From Macrostomum hystrix (lineage: Eukaryota; Animalia; Platyhelminthes), in the NCBI GenBank assembly GCA_950097015.1, contig CATNEN010000033.1, forward strand, positions 4,030,001-4,094,000: a DNA stretch of 64,000 nucleotides. Reading direction: 5' to 3'. This document shows, in pieces, positions 23,801 through 36,415 of the stretch. A program made the translations under genes and the position numbers. The notes beneath the pieces are model-generated. The model was not told where the DNA came from and did not search any database. It worked only from the letters and a program-made list of their open reading frames with translations. How positions within the stretch are numbered: position 1 is the stretch's first letter; each line of letters starts with the position of its first letter.

Positions 23801-25631
23801 CAGACACTAAAACCGAATATTTCGGCAATCGTTGCATGAAACCCTGGACTTCAGAACCCATTCTAGGAAAGTACGTGGGCTTTTGTAACCAAAGGAATTC
23901 TGAACTAAAATCAGATCTATGTGCCCTCTCACCTGCAACAGCAGGCAGTGCTGCTCAAGCCACTGCTCCGAGTCTTGACTGCTCAGCGGCATGTTCGCCT
24001 CGAACTTGACCTCCACGGCGGTCTTCATTGCGTCCAGCATTCGCTGCCGCCACTGCCTCGGCCGGCCAGCCGGGCAAAATTCGCCGGCGCCGCCACGACG
24101 CTGCCTGTCCAGCCACATGCGGTCGACCTGCTCCTCACGGTCAACCAGACGAACGGAGGTCACAAGCAGGCGCGGATTCTGTAAAGCTGTGTCCAGAACG
24201 CGACTAAAAGTACAAGCCAGCTGGTCCCAGAGCGCATTGGCCAGGGCGGGCACGTCCTTGAAGAAGGCGCGCAGCAGGTCACGATCGGCTTCGCAAGACT
24301 GGCCATGCAGCTCCATCATCAGGCCGTCTCGAGAGCGCTCCAGCTCATGCAGCCTGGGTGATCATGGGGCCTGGCTAGTGCAACTACTGCTAGTAGTATT
24401 GTTTAAGACTGAATAATATATTAAATATAGATAAGATTAGATTAAACTGCTGTCTAAAACGTTCCTTGTTAATGCTATAGAAAACTTACCAAGACGATTA
24501 TACAAAATTGATTAAATTTAAGAAACTGAATGAATAGAAAAAGATATAAAAATGCTAAGATAAACCAAACTAGCTACAAGCTCATAATAGGCCTATGTAA
24601 TAGTTTGAATTTCTTCGATTGCCTAAATAAAAATGACTAATGTTTTATTTAAAAATGTTTACAGTTATTAGTTTCCTTGTCACCAGGAACTTTCAAAAGG
24701 GTTGCTGAATGTCATAATTATGCTTAACAGTAATAATGAAAATAATTTAAGTACTTTTTACTAGCTAATAAAATATAATTTTTTTGCTTTAGAAGAACTT
24801 TGTTTTATCTTTGTTTGACGAGCTGTCTTAAGCTTACAAAATAAGCTATCTAAAAAATTGTTTACAAAGATATTTTATAATACATTGCTGGCTTTGCTAA
24901 TTTTTCCCAACTTGCAAATAGTAACAAAGTTCAATGGATCAATTTCTTATTCAAGCTAGCATGTTTATTTTATACTTATTTTAGAAACCTCAATAAGCAC
25001 TAAATATATTACAAGCAAATTGATAATACCTTTATAAACTTGCAGATCATGGAAAAAAATAGTCATCAGACATAAAAATCTGTCTAATCTTCTGCTTTTC
25101 ATTTTAGCAATTTATTAATGGTGAATCAAGTCTAATGTAGGTTACTTTGTAAAGAAGTAATACTTACAACTTGTGAATAAGAAGAAAATGACGCTGCTCT
25201 CCAGACTCCATTAAGATTTTAATTTCTTCAATCTTGCTTGGTGCACTAAATACATAAGACATGTTATTTGTGGCTGTTGTGAGACGCTTGTGTCTTTGAA
25301 ACTCTTCCTTCAGTGACTCTATTTTCGCCTTCAGTGTCGGTGTCAGCTCCATCTGAGTAACAAACTGTTGCAAAAGCTTATCAACAACTTTAACTTCACT
25401 CTCTGCATTCTTCAGAAGATTCACTCCTTTCTTTATTCCATCCAACTGACTTTCGACTGCAGTCTTAAGTTGTGAATCATAATCCTCTTTCTTTTTAATA
25501 TTTCTTTTAATGTCGTGCTCGAGCTTGTCAAGATCATCTGGTTTACTATAACGCTGCTCAATATCCGCAATAGCACTAGTCTTTGCCCTCTCCTTAAGGC
25601 CTTTAAGTTCCTCAGAAACAGCGGCGTCCAT
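20843..25631 (-). CDS. EXOC3: Exocyst complex component 3 (Sec6), ~769 aa, 5 exons
   Basis: Exons 25631-25168, 24353-23933, 23045-22633, 22163-21828 and 21518-20843 join in frame. Motifs KPDDLDKLE..QLKTAVESQLDGI; HKLLHELERSRDGL; LVTSVRLVDREE; LCPPCFPPDYEIF; QLETLLMLRGD. Confidence 0.9.
21575..21700. repeat. 22-bp short array (ccgcccctaattcagctaacat)n in EXOC3 intron 4
   Basis: 4-5 copies, degenerating at the edge. Confidence 0.85.
22235..22580. repeat. 32-bp array (gttagtgggtcattaccccatcgcatcagtct)n in EXOC3 intron 3
   Basis: About 11 copies. Confidence 0.95.
23140..23590. repeat. 21-bp array (gttgggatcagaatcccggct)n in EXOC3 intron 2
   Basis: About 20 copies; explains three spurious ORFs. 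Confidence 0.95.
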
Positions 25632-27281
25632 TATCACTAAATGTTAAAGTACACAGAATTTTTTTACCACTTGTTCCGTATCCTTAACAGTGAATTCAGT
25701 ACAAGGTATATACACACCAAATGGCGCAGTAAAAATTAAATGTTAGGATACGCTCGTACAAATAACTATTTCCTTGAAAATACGAGGTTTAATTCAGTGC
25801 CTTAATGTATTAAAACCTCTAACGCGCTTCATTTGTAAAAATGTACACAGATGACATCTTCGAAAAAAATCAAGTCCATATTTTAGGAAAAATTTGGATC
25901 TAGTGAAAAAGTGAAAAAAAAATTTTCGTTTAGTTTGCTTTGCTTTGCTTTTTAAGAAGATATACTAATGGCGACACAACACATCCCCTGCAGTTGCTTT
26001 ATTTAATAAATTTGTTTTTAAGTTAGTTAAAAAACCAATAATCAAATATTTGCAGAACTAACTTTTTGAGAGATAGCTCGTTGACTATGCTATTTGATAA
26101 ATGAACCTTAAATGACTTGTAAAATAGAAGTCATGAAATAATCATAATAAAGTTTTCTCGTGGCCTTTGTCAGAAACGTGATCCTTGTGAAGTCATTGCA
26201 TCGCGGCTTTATGGTATTCAGATTAGGTCTAGCAAGAAAAAAATCTGGGCCAAAATATAAAATCTTCATTGTATTGCCGCTATCTTTTGAGGCTAATATC
26301 TCTCACAGTTCCTCATTGTATTCATTGTATTGCCGCTATCTTTTGTGGCTTATATCTCTCACAGAGTGTTTATAACTATATAATAGTCCTATAAATATAA
26401 AATACTCTATAGACATGCATACGAAACACAACGGGATAAAATATAAAATGGTTTAATAAGTTTGATAAAACAATGCCGCATACAGCCACATAGTAAAATT
26501 AATATATATATTTGGCGCAAAAGCTCTGCCCTTCAGCTTCAGTCGAACCTCATTGAGAGTTGGGCATCCGATGATGATTAAGCTGCAAGTTTTCTATCAT
26601 ATACCTTAGGTAGTAAGGTCTAAGGTAGTAGCATCCGAAGTGGCACTATTGCTTTTATAAACTTCGTGAGCAAGCAAGAAAAGTAATATAAAAACAACAA
26701 TATTTATTGTGCTCAATCCGGAAATTTGAACACTTAGATATGCCAATGCACTATTCATTGGCTAAACTGTGGGCAGCATATTGTTGGTCGCAAAAATAGG
26801 AACTGAACAAGGAAAATTGAAAGCAAAGCGAGATCAATTCAATTCAGTAGAGGAATAAAAAAATAAGCGCCTTTAAGAAACACGACAGAAAAGGCAAGGC
26901 AAGTTTACCGATTAGGACAGAGCAATGGGTAAAGAACTTTATGCTTTATGCTATTCCATTAACGAAAACTAATTTATTTCCGATGCAGCATGTACTGCAC
27001 GAGACTGTCGGCTTCATAAATGTGTACTTTTAGAGCCCAATAATTAAGGACCAAGGATCCCAGAAAAAAACTTGATTCATAAATTAACAAATTATAAACT
27101 AAATTTGGCATTTTCAGTTAGGAACAAAGGCGAGATCAATAAAAAACAGACAATGGCACTTAGAGCGAGTGATTAGAGGAAGCTAGACCAGCCTTGTAAT
27201 CCACTCGGATCGAGTTACTCGAACGGTGGGCTAATTAGAAGTTGACCGACTAAAAACAAATCCGGTAAAAATACAAACAAA

Positions 27282-27318
27282 CAAACAAACAAACAAACAA
27301 ACAAACAAACAAACAAAA
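27282..27318. repeat. (CAAA)n microsatellite
   Basis: About 9 copies. Confidence 0.9.
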
Positions 27319-27780
27319 CAGTCTCTGAGTTAAACGCAACTTCAACAGCAAAGTAGGCAGGGTATAATTTAGAAAGAAATTTCTGTTTTCATGCAAAAAA
27401 AAGAGTTGAAAAGGCTATGAAAGAATAACAGAAGCAAAGTAACCATATTTTCTATCGTTTGTCAATACGTGTGCATCCAATCGATTTGTTTAATTGGGTA
27501 AGGAATTTCGTAACGCATTGGGGAACCCGGAAAATCTCATCTGCTTTTTTCGCCCACCTGCAGCTTATGTGTAGCTTGGCTCAACTGAGCGGAGAACGCT
27601 CATCCTACTTGAAGTAGTCACAGATTGCTACTTAATCACAGCTTGAAGCTGCAGAAGGGAAAAGAAATATAATTTGAATGGCCTGGCATGCAGTGTTTAG
27701 ACAAAGAAAGGCAAAGATTTCTACTTTTTTGGCGGTCAGTTATCCTCCGACTGAGTGAAAGTGACAGCCGGAGAGATCAA

Positions 27781-30700
27781 TCAGGGTCCGCTTCTGCTGA
27801 CACCTGAGGGCGACTGAGGGCCTGGTGAGTGGGCTGCTGACGCCTTGCAGGTGGCCAGAATGTGCGGCACAAGAGCCTCCATGGACACCGCGCCGATTTG
27901 CTCTGGTTTGAGGACGATTTAAAATAACGAATAAAGAAAATTGAAACGCGTCCAGATCCTGAATCCTCATCACCCAGATCCTAAATCCTCATCATCCAGA
28001 TCCCGAATCCTCATCACTAAGATCCGGAATCCTCATTACCCAGATCCCGAATCCTCATCACTAAGATCCGGAATCCTCACTGTCATCCAGATCCCGAATC
28101 CTCATCACTCAGATTCCGAATCCTCATCACCCAGATCACGAATCCTTATCACCCAGATCCCGAATCCACATCACCCAGATCCCTAATCCTCATCACCCAG
28201 ATCCCGAATCCTCATCACACAGATCCCGAATCCTTATCACTCAGATCCCGAATCCACATCACCCAGATCCCGAATCCTCATCATCCAGATTCCGAATCCC
28301 CGTGATCATCATTCATCGCTTCCTCCACTCACCAGCGAAGAAGATCTGCTGGATGACGGTCCTATCCAGAGTCCGCACTGAGCTCGCGTGCAGCAGCAGC
28401 TGGGCCAGCCGACGCTGCCCGGCCTCCGGCGAGCCCTGACTGTCGGCCAGGTGGGCGGACACCTCCGCCAAGACGGCTGCCTGCTGCTCGGCCACGGCTG
28501 ACGCACAGGACTCGGAATCCGTGGTGGAGATCGCTGGGATCGGGACATGAGAATGTACTTTTGTTCAATTTTTGCCATTAGAGTTATTAGCAGAATCGTT
28601 GCTGAAGCTGCAACTTACCCGGCTCAAATAGTGACAGAAGCCTCAAATAAGCGAACTCAGTATTAGTCAACCGGGAGTCAGAGAATATGCTCACAATCTT
28701 TTTGAGCTTGCCAACCTCAGTGAGCAGCCTGTTGGTGCCGCCATCGGCCTGAGATCCTGTGGCATCGATAAGTCAAAGCGTTCCTGAAGTAAACTTTTCA
28801 GGAATATCTCAAAATATTCCAAATATTCCAAACACCAAACCTCACTATATCACACCAAATCACACCAAACCTCACCAAATCACATCAAATCACACCAAAT
28901 CACACCAAACCTCACAAAATCACACCAAACCTCCCCATATCACACCAAACCTCACCAAATCACACCAAACCTCACAAAATCACACCAAACCTCCCCATAT
29001 CACACTAAACCTCACCAAATCACACCAAATCACACCAAACCTCACCAAATCACACCAAATCACACCAAATCACACCAAACCTCACCAAATCACACCAAAC
29101 CTCCCCATATTACACCAAACCTCACCATATTACACCAAATCTCACCATATCACACCAAACCTCACCATATTACACCAAATCTCACCATATCACACCAAAC
29201 CTCACCAAATCACACCAAACCTCACAAAATCACACCAAACCTCCCCATATCACACCAAACCTCACCAAATCACACCAAACCTCACAAAATCACACCAAAC
29301 CTCCCCATATCACACCAAACCTCACCAAATCACACCAAATCACACCAAACCTCACCAAATCACACCAAATCACACCAAATCACACCAAACCTCACCAAAT
29401 CACACCAAACCTCCCCATATTACACCAAACCTCACCATATCACACCAAATCACACCAAACCTCACCAAATCACACCAAACCTCCCCATATTACACCAAAC
29501 CTCACCATATCACACCAAACCTCACCAAATCACACCAAACCTCACCAAATCACATCAAATCACACCAAATCACACCAAACCTCACAAAATCACACCAAAC
29601 CTCCCCATATCACACCAAACCTCACCAAATCACACCAAACCTCACAAAATCACACCAAACCTCCCCATATCACACTAAACCTCACCAAATCACACCAAAT
29701 CACACCAAACCTCACCAAATCACACCAAATCACACCAAATCACACCAAACCTCACCAAATCACACCAAACCTCCCCATATTACACCAAACCTCACCATAT
29801 TACACCAAATCTCACCATATCACACCAAACCTCACCAAATCACACCAAACCTCACAAAATCACACCAAACCTCCCCATATCACACCAAACCTCACCAAAT
29901 CACACCAAACCTCACAAAATCACACCAAACCTCCCCATATCACACCAAACCTCACCAAATCACACCAAATCACACCAAACCTCACCAAATCACACCAAAT
30001 CACACCAAATCACACCAAACCTCACCAAATCACACCAAACCTCCCCATATTACACCAAACCTCACCATATCACACCAAATCACACCAAACCTCACCAAAT
30101 CACACCAAACCTCCCCATATTACACCAAACCTCACCATATCACACCAAACCTCACCATATCACACCAAACCTCACAAAATCACACCAAACCTCCCCATAT
30201 CACACCAAACCTCACCAAATCACACCAAATCACACCAAATCACACCAAACCTCACAAAATCACACCAAACCTCCCCATATCACACCAAACCTCACCAAAT
30301 CACACCAAACCTCACAAAATCACACCAAACCTCCCCATATCACACCAAACCTCACCAAATCACACCAAATCACACCAAATCACACCAAATCACACCAAAC
30401 CTCACCAAATCACACCAAACCTCCCCATATTACACCAAACCTCACCATATTACACCAAACCTCACCATATCACACCAAACCTCACCAAATCACACCAAAC
30501 CTCACAAAATCACACCAAACCTCCCCATATCACACCAAACCTCACCAAATCACACCAAATCACACCAAATCACACCAAACCTCACCAAATCACACCAAAC
30601 CTCCCCATATTACACCAAACCTCACCATATCACACCAAATCACACCAAACCTCACCAAATCACACCAAACCTCCCCATATTACACCAAACCTCAACATAT

Positions 30701-33700
30701 TACACCAAACCTCACCATATCACACCAAACCTCACCATATCACACCAAACCTCACAAAATCACACCAAACCTCCCCATATCACACCAAACCTCACCAAAT
30801 CACACCAAATCACACCAAATCACACCAAACCTCACAAAATCACACCAAACCTCCCCATATCACACCAAACCTCACCAAATCACACCAAACCTCACAAAAT
30901 CACACCAAACCTCCCCATATCACACCAAACCTCACCAAATCACACTAAATCACACCAAATCACACCAAACCTCACCAAATCACACCAAACCTCCCCATAT
31001 TACACCAAACCTCACCAAATCACACCAAATCACACCAAATCACACCAAACCTCACCAAATCACACCAAACCTCCCCATATTACACCAAACCTCACCATAT
31101 TACACCAAACCTCACCATATCACACCAAATCACACCAAATCACACCAAACCTCACCAAATCACACCAAACCTCCCCATATTACACCAAACCTCACCATAT
31201 TACACCAAACCTCACCATATCACACCAAACCTCACCATATCACACCAAACCTCACAAAATCACACCAAACCTCCCCATATCACACCAAACCTCACCAAAT
31301 CACACCAAATCACACCAAATCACACCAAACCTCACCAAATCACACCAAACCTCCCCATATTACACCAAACCTCACCAAATCACACCAAATCACACCAAAT
31401 CACACCAAACCTCACCAAATCACACCAAACCTCCCCATATTACACCAAACCTCACCATATTACACCAAACCTCACCATATCACACCAAACCTCACCATAT
31501 CACACCAAACCTCACAAAATCACACCAAACCTCCCCATATCACACCAAACCTCACCAAATCACACCAAACCTCACAAAATCACACCAAACCTCACCAAAT
31601 CACACCAAACCTCCCCATATTACACCAAACCTCACCATATCACACCAAACCTCACCATATCTCACCAAACCTCACCATATCACAGCAAACATCACCATAT
31701 CACACCAAATCTTACCAAGCCTTACCAAATCTGAAAAAAAACACAACAAACCTAATCAAATCACAGCAAACAACACCTTAATCACACAAAACCTTACTTA
31801 GCATCATAAAACCTAATTAAACATCACCAAACAACAGCAAATTCACCAAATCACTATTCTAAACTTTAAAAAATGCCAGCAAAGCCTCACCAGACGAATT
31901 GAACATCAGGTGCAGCGACAGAGCCGAATGCAGCAGCTGCATCGGCACGCGCTGCGAGCACTGGCAGAGGCACAGGGTGAACAGGTCGCACCAGCAGAGC
32001 GGCAGCAGCTGCTCCGTATGCGGCAAGTCCAGCTCCCGGGCCCAGCGGATCATGCGGAACAACACCGAGGCGGCGACGTATTTCACGAAGGCCATGTCGA
32101 CTGCGGCCGCGTTGGGCGACACGAAGAACGGCGGCAGGTCGAATTCGACGTGCTCCCGCTCAAGGATTTGTTGCCTGCGACGCTTCGGGAGCGGCGGCGG
32201 TTGTTCCGGCGAAGTCACCGGCGGCTGCTCCGGCGAAGTCACCGGCGGCTGCTCCGGCGAAGTCGCTGGCAAATGTTCCAGCGAAGTCGACGGCGGCTGC
32301 TCCGGCGGAGTCGGCGGCGTCGAGGTTGGCCACTCGGTGGGCTCCTCCAGGTCGTAGGGCTCGGCGTCCTCCTTAGCTCCCGCTAATCCGGCCGCTGACG
32401 ACGACGTCGATGTTGAAGACAGTGTGCGACGCTCGTTCTGAACAGCCTCCGAGCGCATGCCGACGGCGATGCACTTGCGCAGTCGGCAGAACTGGCAGCG
32501 GTTTCGGAGCTTCTTGTTCACATGGCACTGCCGGTTGTTGCGGCAGTTGTAGTTCACCCGCCTGCGAATCGAGCGCTTGAAGAATCCTTTGCAGCCCTCG
32601 CAACTGACAACTCCGTAGTGACGACCCGACGCTCTGTCGCCGCAGACACGGCAGGCTTCGTGCCGATGTTGCTGCTGCTGCTGCTGCTGCCGCTGCTCCT
32701 GAGCTGGAGGCGGCTGTTGGATTGGCTGCGTGCGGCGCAAAAACTCGTCGTCAAAAGGAAATCGGCGGCTCACAATGATGTCGGAGTTGAGTTGATTCTG
32801 TACGGAAATTATGGTGCAACGTGGCAGCCATTACAGCTTATTGAGGGTCCGGGGTCAGTAAACTCCAGCTCGTGGGCCCACCAAGCTTTTAAATCTAGCC
32901 CCATGGCTCAATCCAACACATTTTTCCTTCCTGTTTTACCCCACCCGTGTCTCACCCCTGTCTCATCTCTCCACTGTCTCATCTCTCCATTGTCTCATCT
33001 CTCCACTGTCTCATCTCTCGTCTGTCTCATCTCTCCATTGTCTCATCTCTCCACTGTCTCATCTCTCCACTGTCTCATCTCTCCACTGTCTCATCTCTCC
33101 ATTGTCTCATCTCTCCATTGTCTCATCTCTCCACTGTCTCATCTCTCCACTGTCTCATCTCTCGTCTGTCTCATCTCTCCATTGTCTCATCTCTCCACTG
33201 TCTCATCTCTCCACTGTCTCATCTCTCCACTGTCTCATCTCTCCACTGTCTCATCTCTCGTCTGTCTCATCTCTCCATTGTCTCATCTCTCCACTGTCTC
33301 ATCTCTCCACTGTCTCATCTCTCCACTGTCTCATCTCTCCACTGTCTCATCTCTCCATTGTCTCATCTCTCCACTGTCTCATCTCTCCACTGTCTCATCT
33401 CTCCTCTGTCTCATCTCTCCCCTGTCTCATCTCTCCACTGTCTCATCTCTCCACTGTCTTATCTCTCCACTGTCTCATCTCTCCATTGTCTCATCTCTCC
33501 ACTGTCTCATCTCTCCACTGTCTCATCTCTCGTCTGTCTCATCTCTCCATTGTCTCATCTCTCCACTGTCTCATCTCTCCACTGTCTCATCTCTCCCCTG
33601 TCTGATCTCTCCCCTGTTTCATCTCTCCCCTGTTTCATCTCTCCCCTGTCTCATCTCTCCAATGTCTCATCTCTCGTCTGTCTCATCTCTCGTCTGTCTC

Positions 33701-35869
33701 ATCTCTCCACTGTCTTATCTCTCCACTGTCTCATCTCTCCACTGTCTCATCTCTCGTCTGTCTCATCTCTCCACTGTCTTATCTCTCCACTGTCTCATCT
33801 CTCCTCTGTCTCATCTCTCCCCTGTCTCATCTCTCCACTGTCTCATCTCTCCACTGTCTTATCTCTCCACTGTCTCATCTCTCCATTGTCTCATCTCTCC
33901 ACTGTCTCATCTCTCCCCTGTCTCATCTCTCCCCTGTTTCATCTCTCCCCTGTCTCATCTCTCCACTGTCTCATCTCTCCACTGTATCATCTCTCCATTG
34001 TCTCATCTCTCCACTGTCTCATCTCTCGTCTGTCTCATCTCTCCATTGTCTCATCTCTCCACTGTCTCATCTCTCGTCTGTCTCATCTCTCGTCTGTCTC
34101 ATCTCTCCACTGTCTTATCTCTCCACTGTCTCATCTCTCCACTGTCTCATCTCTCGTCTGTCTCATCTCTCCATTGTCTCATCTCTCCATTGTCTCATCT
34201 CTCGTCTGTCTCATGTCTCCATTGTCTCATCTCTCCATTGTCTCATCTCTCGTCTGTCTCATCTCTCCACTGTCTTATCTCTCCACTGTCTCATCTCTCC
34301 ACTGTCTCATCTCTCGTCTGTCTCATCTCTCCATTGTCTCATCTCTCCATTGTCTCATCTCTCGTCTGTCTCATGTCTCCATTGTCTCATCTCTCCACTG
34401 TCTTATCTCTCCACTGTCTCATCTCTCCACTGTCTCATCTCTCGTCTGTCTCATCTCTCCATTGTCTCATCTCTCCACTGTCTCATCTCTCCCCTGTCTC
34501 ATCTCTCCACTGTCTTATCTCTCCACTGTCTCATCTCATACTGTTCGCAGTTTTCCAACGGTAAGGATACTTAAGGCATAAAAGGGTAGAAAAGCTATAG
34601 TTAGAAATAAATTCACATCAATAAGGCCATGGAAAGAAATGGCAAAAACAGGTTGCTGGTTATTTTCAATACTGAAGACCAGTTCTAGGAGATATTAGCA
34701 AATAGCAAGGATGTTGATACAGAAATTAGTTTGTAATGTAAATATTCTGCCAAGCCAAATAAACTTCATTGGAGGACGGTTCGCCAGCTCTCATCAAGCA
34801 AGATAAAATCGCTTCACACTAGATAAGACGACCAATGAGATAAGGACAGACGGGAAGGGAGAAATGCTAGGGAATACATAGCGAAGCATCTGCCTTTGCT
34901 CCCCGATAAACTCGAGGTGAGACCTGGGGTTTGGGAGAGGAAGGACTGAGAGAGGGACCTGAGGTTTGGGAGGGTAGGGACTGAGAGAGGGACCTGAGGT
35001 CTGGGAGGGTAGGAACTGAGAGAGGGACCTGAGGTTTGGGAGGGTAGGAACTGAGAGAGTGACCTGAGGTTTGGGAGGGTAAGGACTGAGAGAGGGACCT
35101 GAGGTTTGGGAGGGTAGGAACTGAGAGAGTGACCTGAGGTCTGGGAGGGTAGGAACTGAGAGAGGGACCTGAGGTTTGGGAGGGTAGGAACTGAGAGAGG
35201 GACCTGGAGTTTGGGAGGGTAGGAACTGAGAGAGGGACCTGAGGTTTGGGAGGGTAGGAACTCAGAGAGGGACCTGAGGTTTGGGAGGGTAAGGACTGAG
35301 AGAGTGACCTGAGGTTTGGGAGGGTAAGGACTGAGAGAGGGACCTGAGGTTTGGGAGGGTAAGGACTGAGAGAGGGACCTGAGGTTTGGGAGGGTAAGGA
35401 CTGAGAGAGGGACCTGAGGTTTGGGAGGGTAAGGACTGAGAGAGGGACCTGAGGTTTGGGAGGGTAGGAACTGAGAGAGGGACCTGAGGTTTGGGAGGGT
35501 AGACACTGAGAGAGGGACCTGAGGTTTGGGAGGGTAGACACTGAGAGAGGGACCTGAGGTTTGGGAGGGTAGACACTGAGAGAGGGAATTGAGGTTTGTG
35601 AGGCAGAAGGGGATAATGAGACATGGAGAATCGGGAACAGTCAGCAAGAAACAAAGGCTCACCTGGCCATTTGAAGCGAAAACAACAGGACTTCCGCCGC
35701 CGCTGTTGAAAGTTCGCGCCAAGGGCAGCGGCAGGGTCGACGGCCCCGCGCGCTCCGGGGCTGCCCCAACGCCCTGCTGACCCGCCGGAGGCCGCCCGAA
35801 GCCCATTCTGGCGCCGACTTCGCCGCCGGACTTCTTGGTAGCAGCCAGGAGGCTACTGAGGTTGGCCAT
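27781..35869 (-). CDS. NR2C2: Nuclear receptor of the TR2/TR4 (NR2C/Hr78) class
   Basis: Exons 35869(or 35896)-35663, 32797-31891, 28756-28619, 28533-28333 and 27902-27781 join in frame. DBD: [57 protein letters not shown]: [58 protein letters not shown]. The symbol denotes the NR2C1/2 class, not proven orthology. Confidence 0.87.
27950..28305. repeat. 21-22-bp array (cagatcccgaatcctcatcacc)n in the last NR2C intron
   Basis: About 16 copies. Confidence 0.93.
28830..31720. repeat. 2.9-kb array of 10-bp units (cacaccaaac / ctcaccaaat / ctccccatat variants) in an NR2C intron
   Basis: Strict decamer register; explains ORF 28759..30948. Confidence 0.97.
32945..34540. repeat. 1.6-kb 16-bp array (ctctccactgtctcat)n in an NR2C intron
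   Basis: Explains the ORFs at 32522, 32947, 33102 and 34350. Confidence 0.97.
34915..35600. repeat. 35-bp array (ctgagagagggacctgaggtttgggagggtaggaa)n in an NR2C intron
   Basis: About 19 copies. Confidence 0.95.
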
Positions 35870-36096
35870 GTGGGGCGGGAAACCACCACCTCCCAGCTGC
35901 AATTTTTTTCGGTATTTTTTTTAAATCGGTCAAAGTTTTCATGGCTTGTCTATAAAATTAGTTATTGAAATTATCGAAACTCTATTCATTGAAACCAAGT
36001 TTAATTTAGGACAGAAATGGAGAGGATTTCATATAGCCTTTTGGGTTTAAAGTGACTGATAATTTGATGATTAACTTCAGAATTCCTTAATTTGAT

Positions 36097-36415
36097 GTTC
36101 GGCTATTTGAACTTCCAGTTTGGGTATTTGAACTTTCAGTTTGGCTATTTGAACTTTCAGTTCGGGTATTTGAACTTTCAGTTTGGCTATTTGAACTTTC
36201 AGTTTGGCTATTTGAACTTTCAGTTTGGCTATTTGAACTTTCAGTTTGGGTATTTGAACTTTCAGTTCGGGAATTCGAACTTCCAGTTCAGGTATTTGAA
36301 CTTTCAGTTCAGGTATTTGAACTTTCAGTTTGGGTATTTGAACTTTCAGTTTAGGTATTTGAACTTTCAGTTTGGGTATTTGAACTTTCAGTTTGGGTAT
36401 TTGAACTTTCAGTTT
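36097..36415. repeat. 21-bp array (tttgggtatttgaactttcag)n
   Basis: About 15 copies. Confidence 0.95.

Noticed and set aside
26550-26660. GATGATGA C-box-like motif (possible snoRNA)
   Set aside because: No matching D box, terminal stem or guide could be identified.
28759-30948. 729-aa His/Thr/Pro-rich ORF
   Set aside because: Translation of the 10-bp array inside an NR2C intron on the opposite strand; GTG start and no unique domain.
32522-34581. 680-aa, 544-aa and smaller LSHLSTVSS ORFs
   Set aside because: All three frames of the 16-bp intronic array give the same peptide, which marks an artefact.
34814-35654. Long SLSQ/PKPQ ORFs extending the NR2C exon
   Set aside because: Read-through past the GTGAGC donor at 35662 into the 35-bp array.
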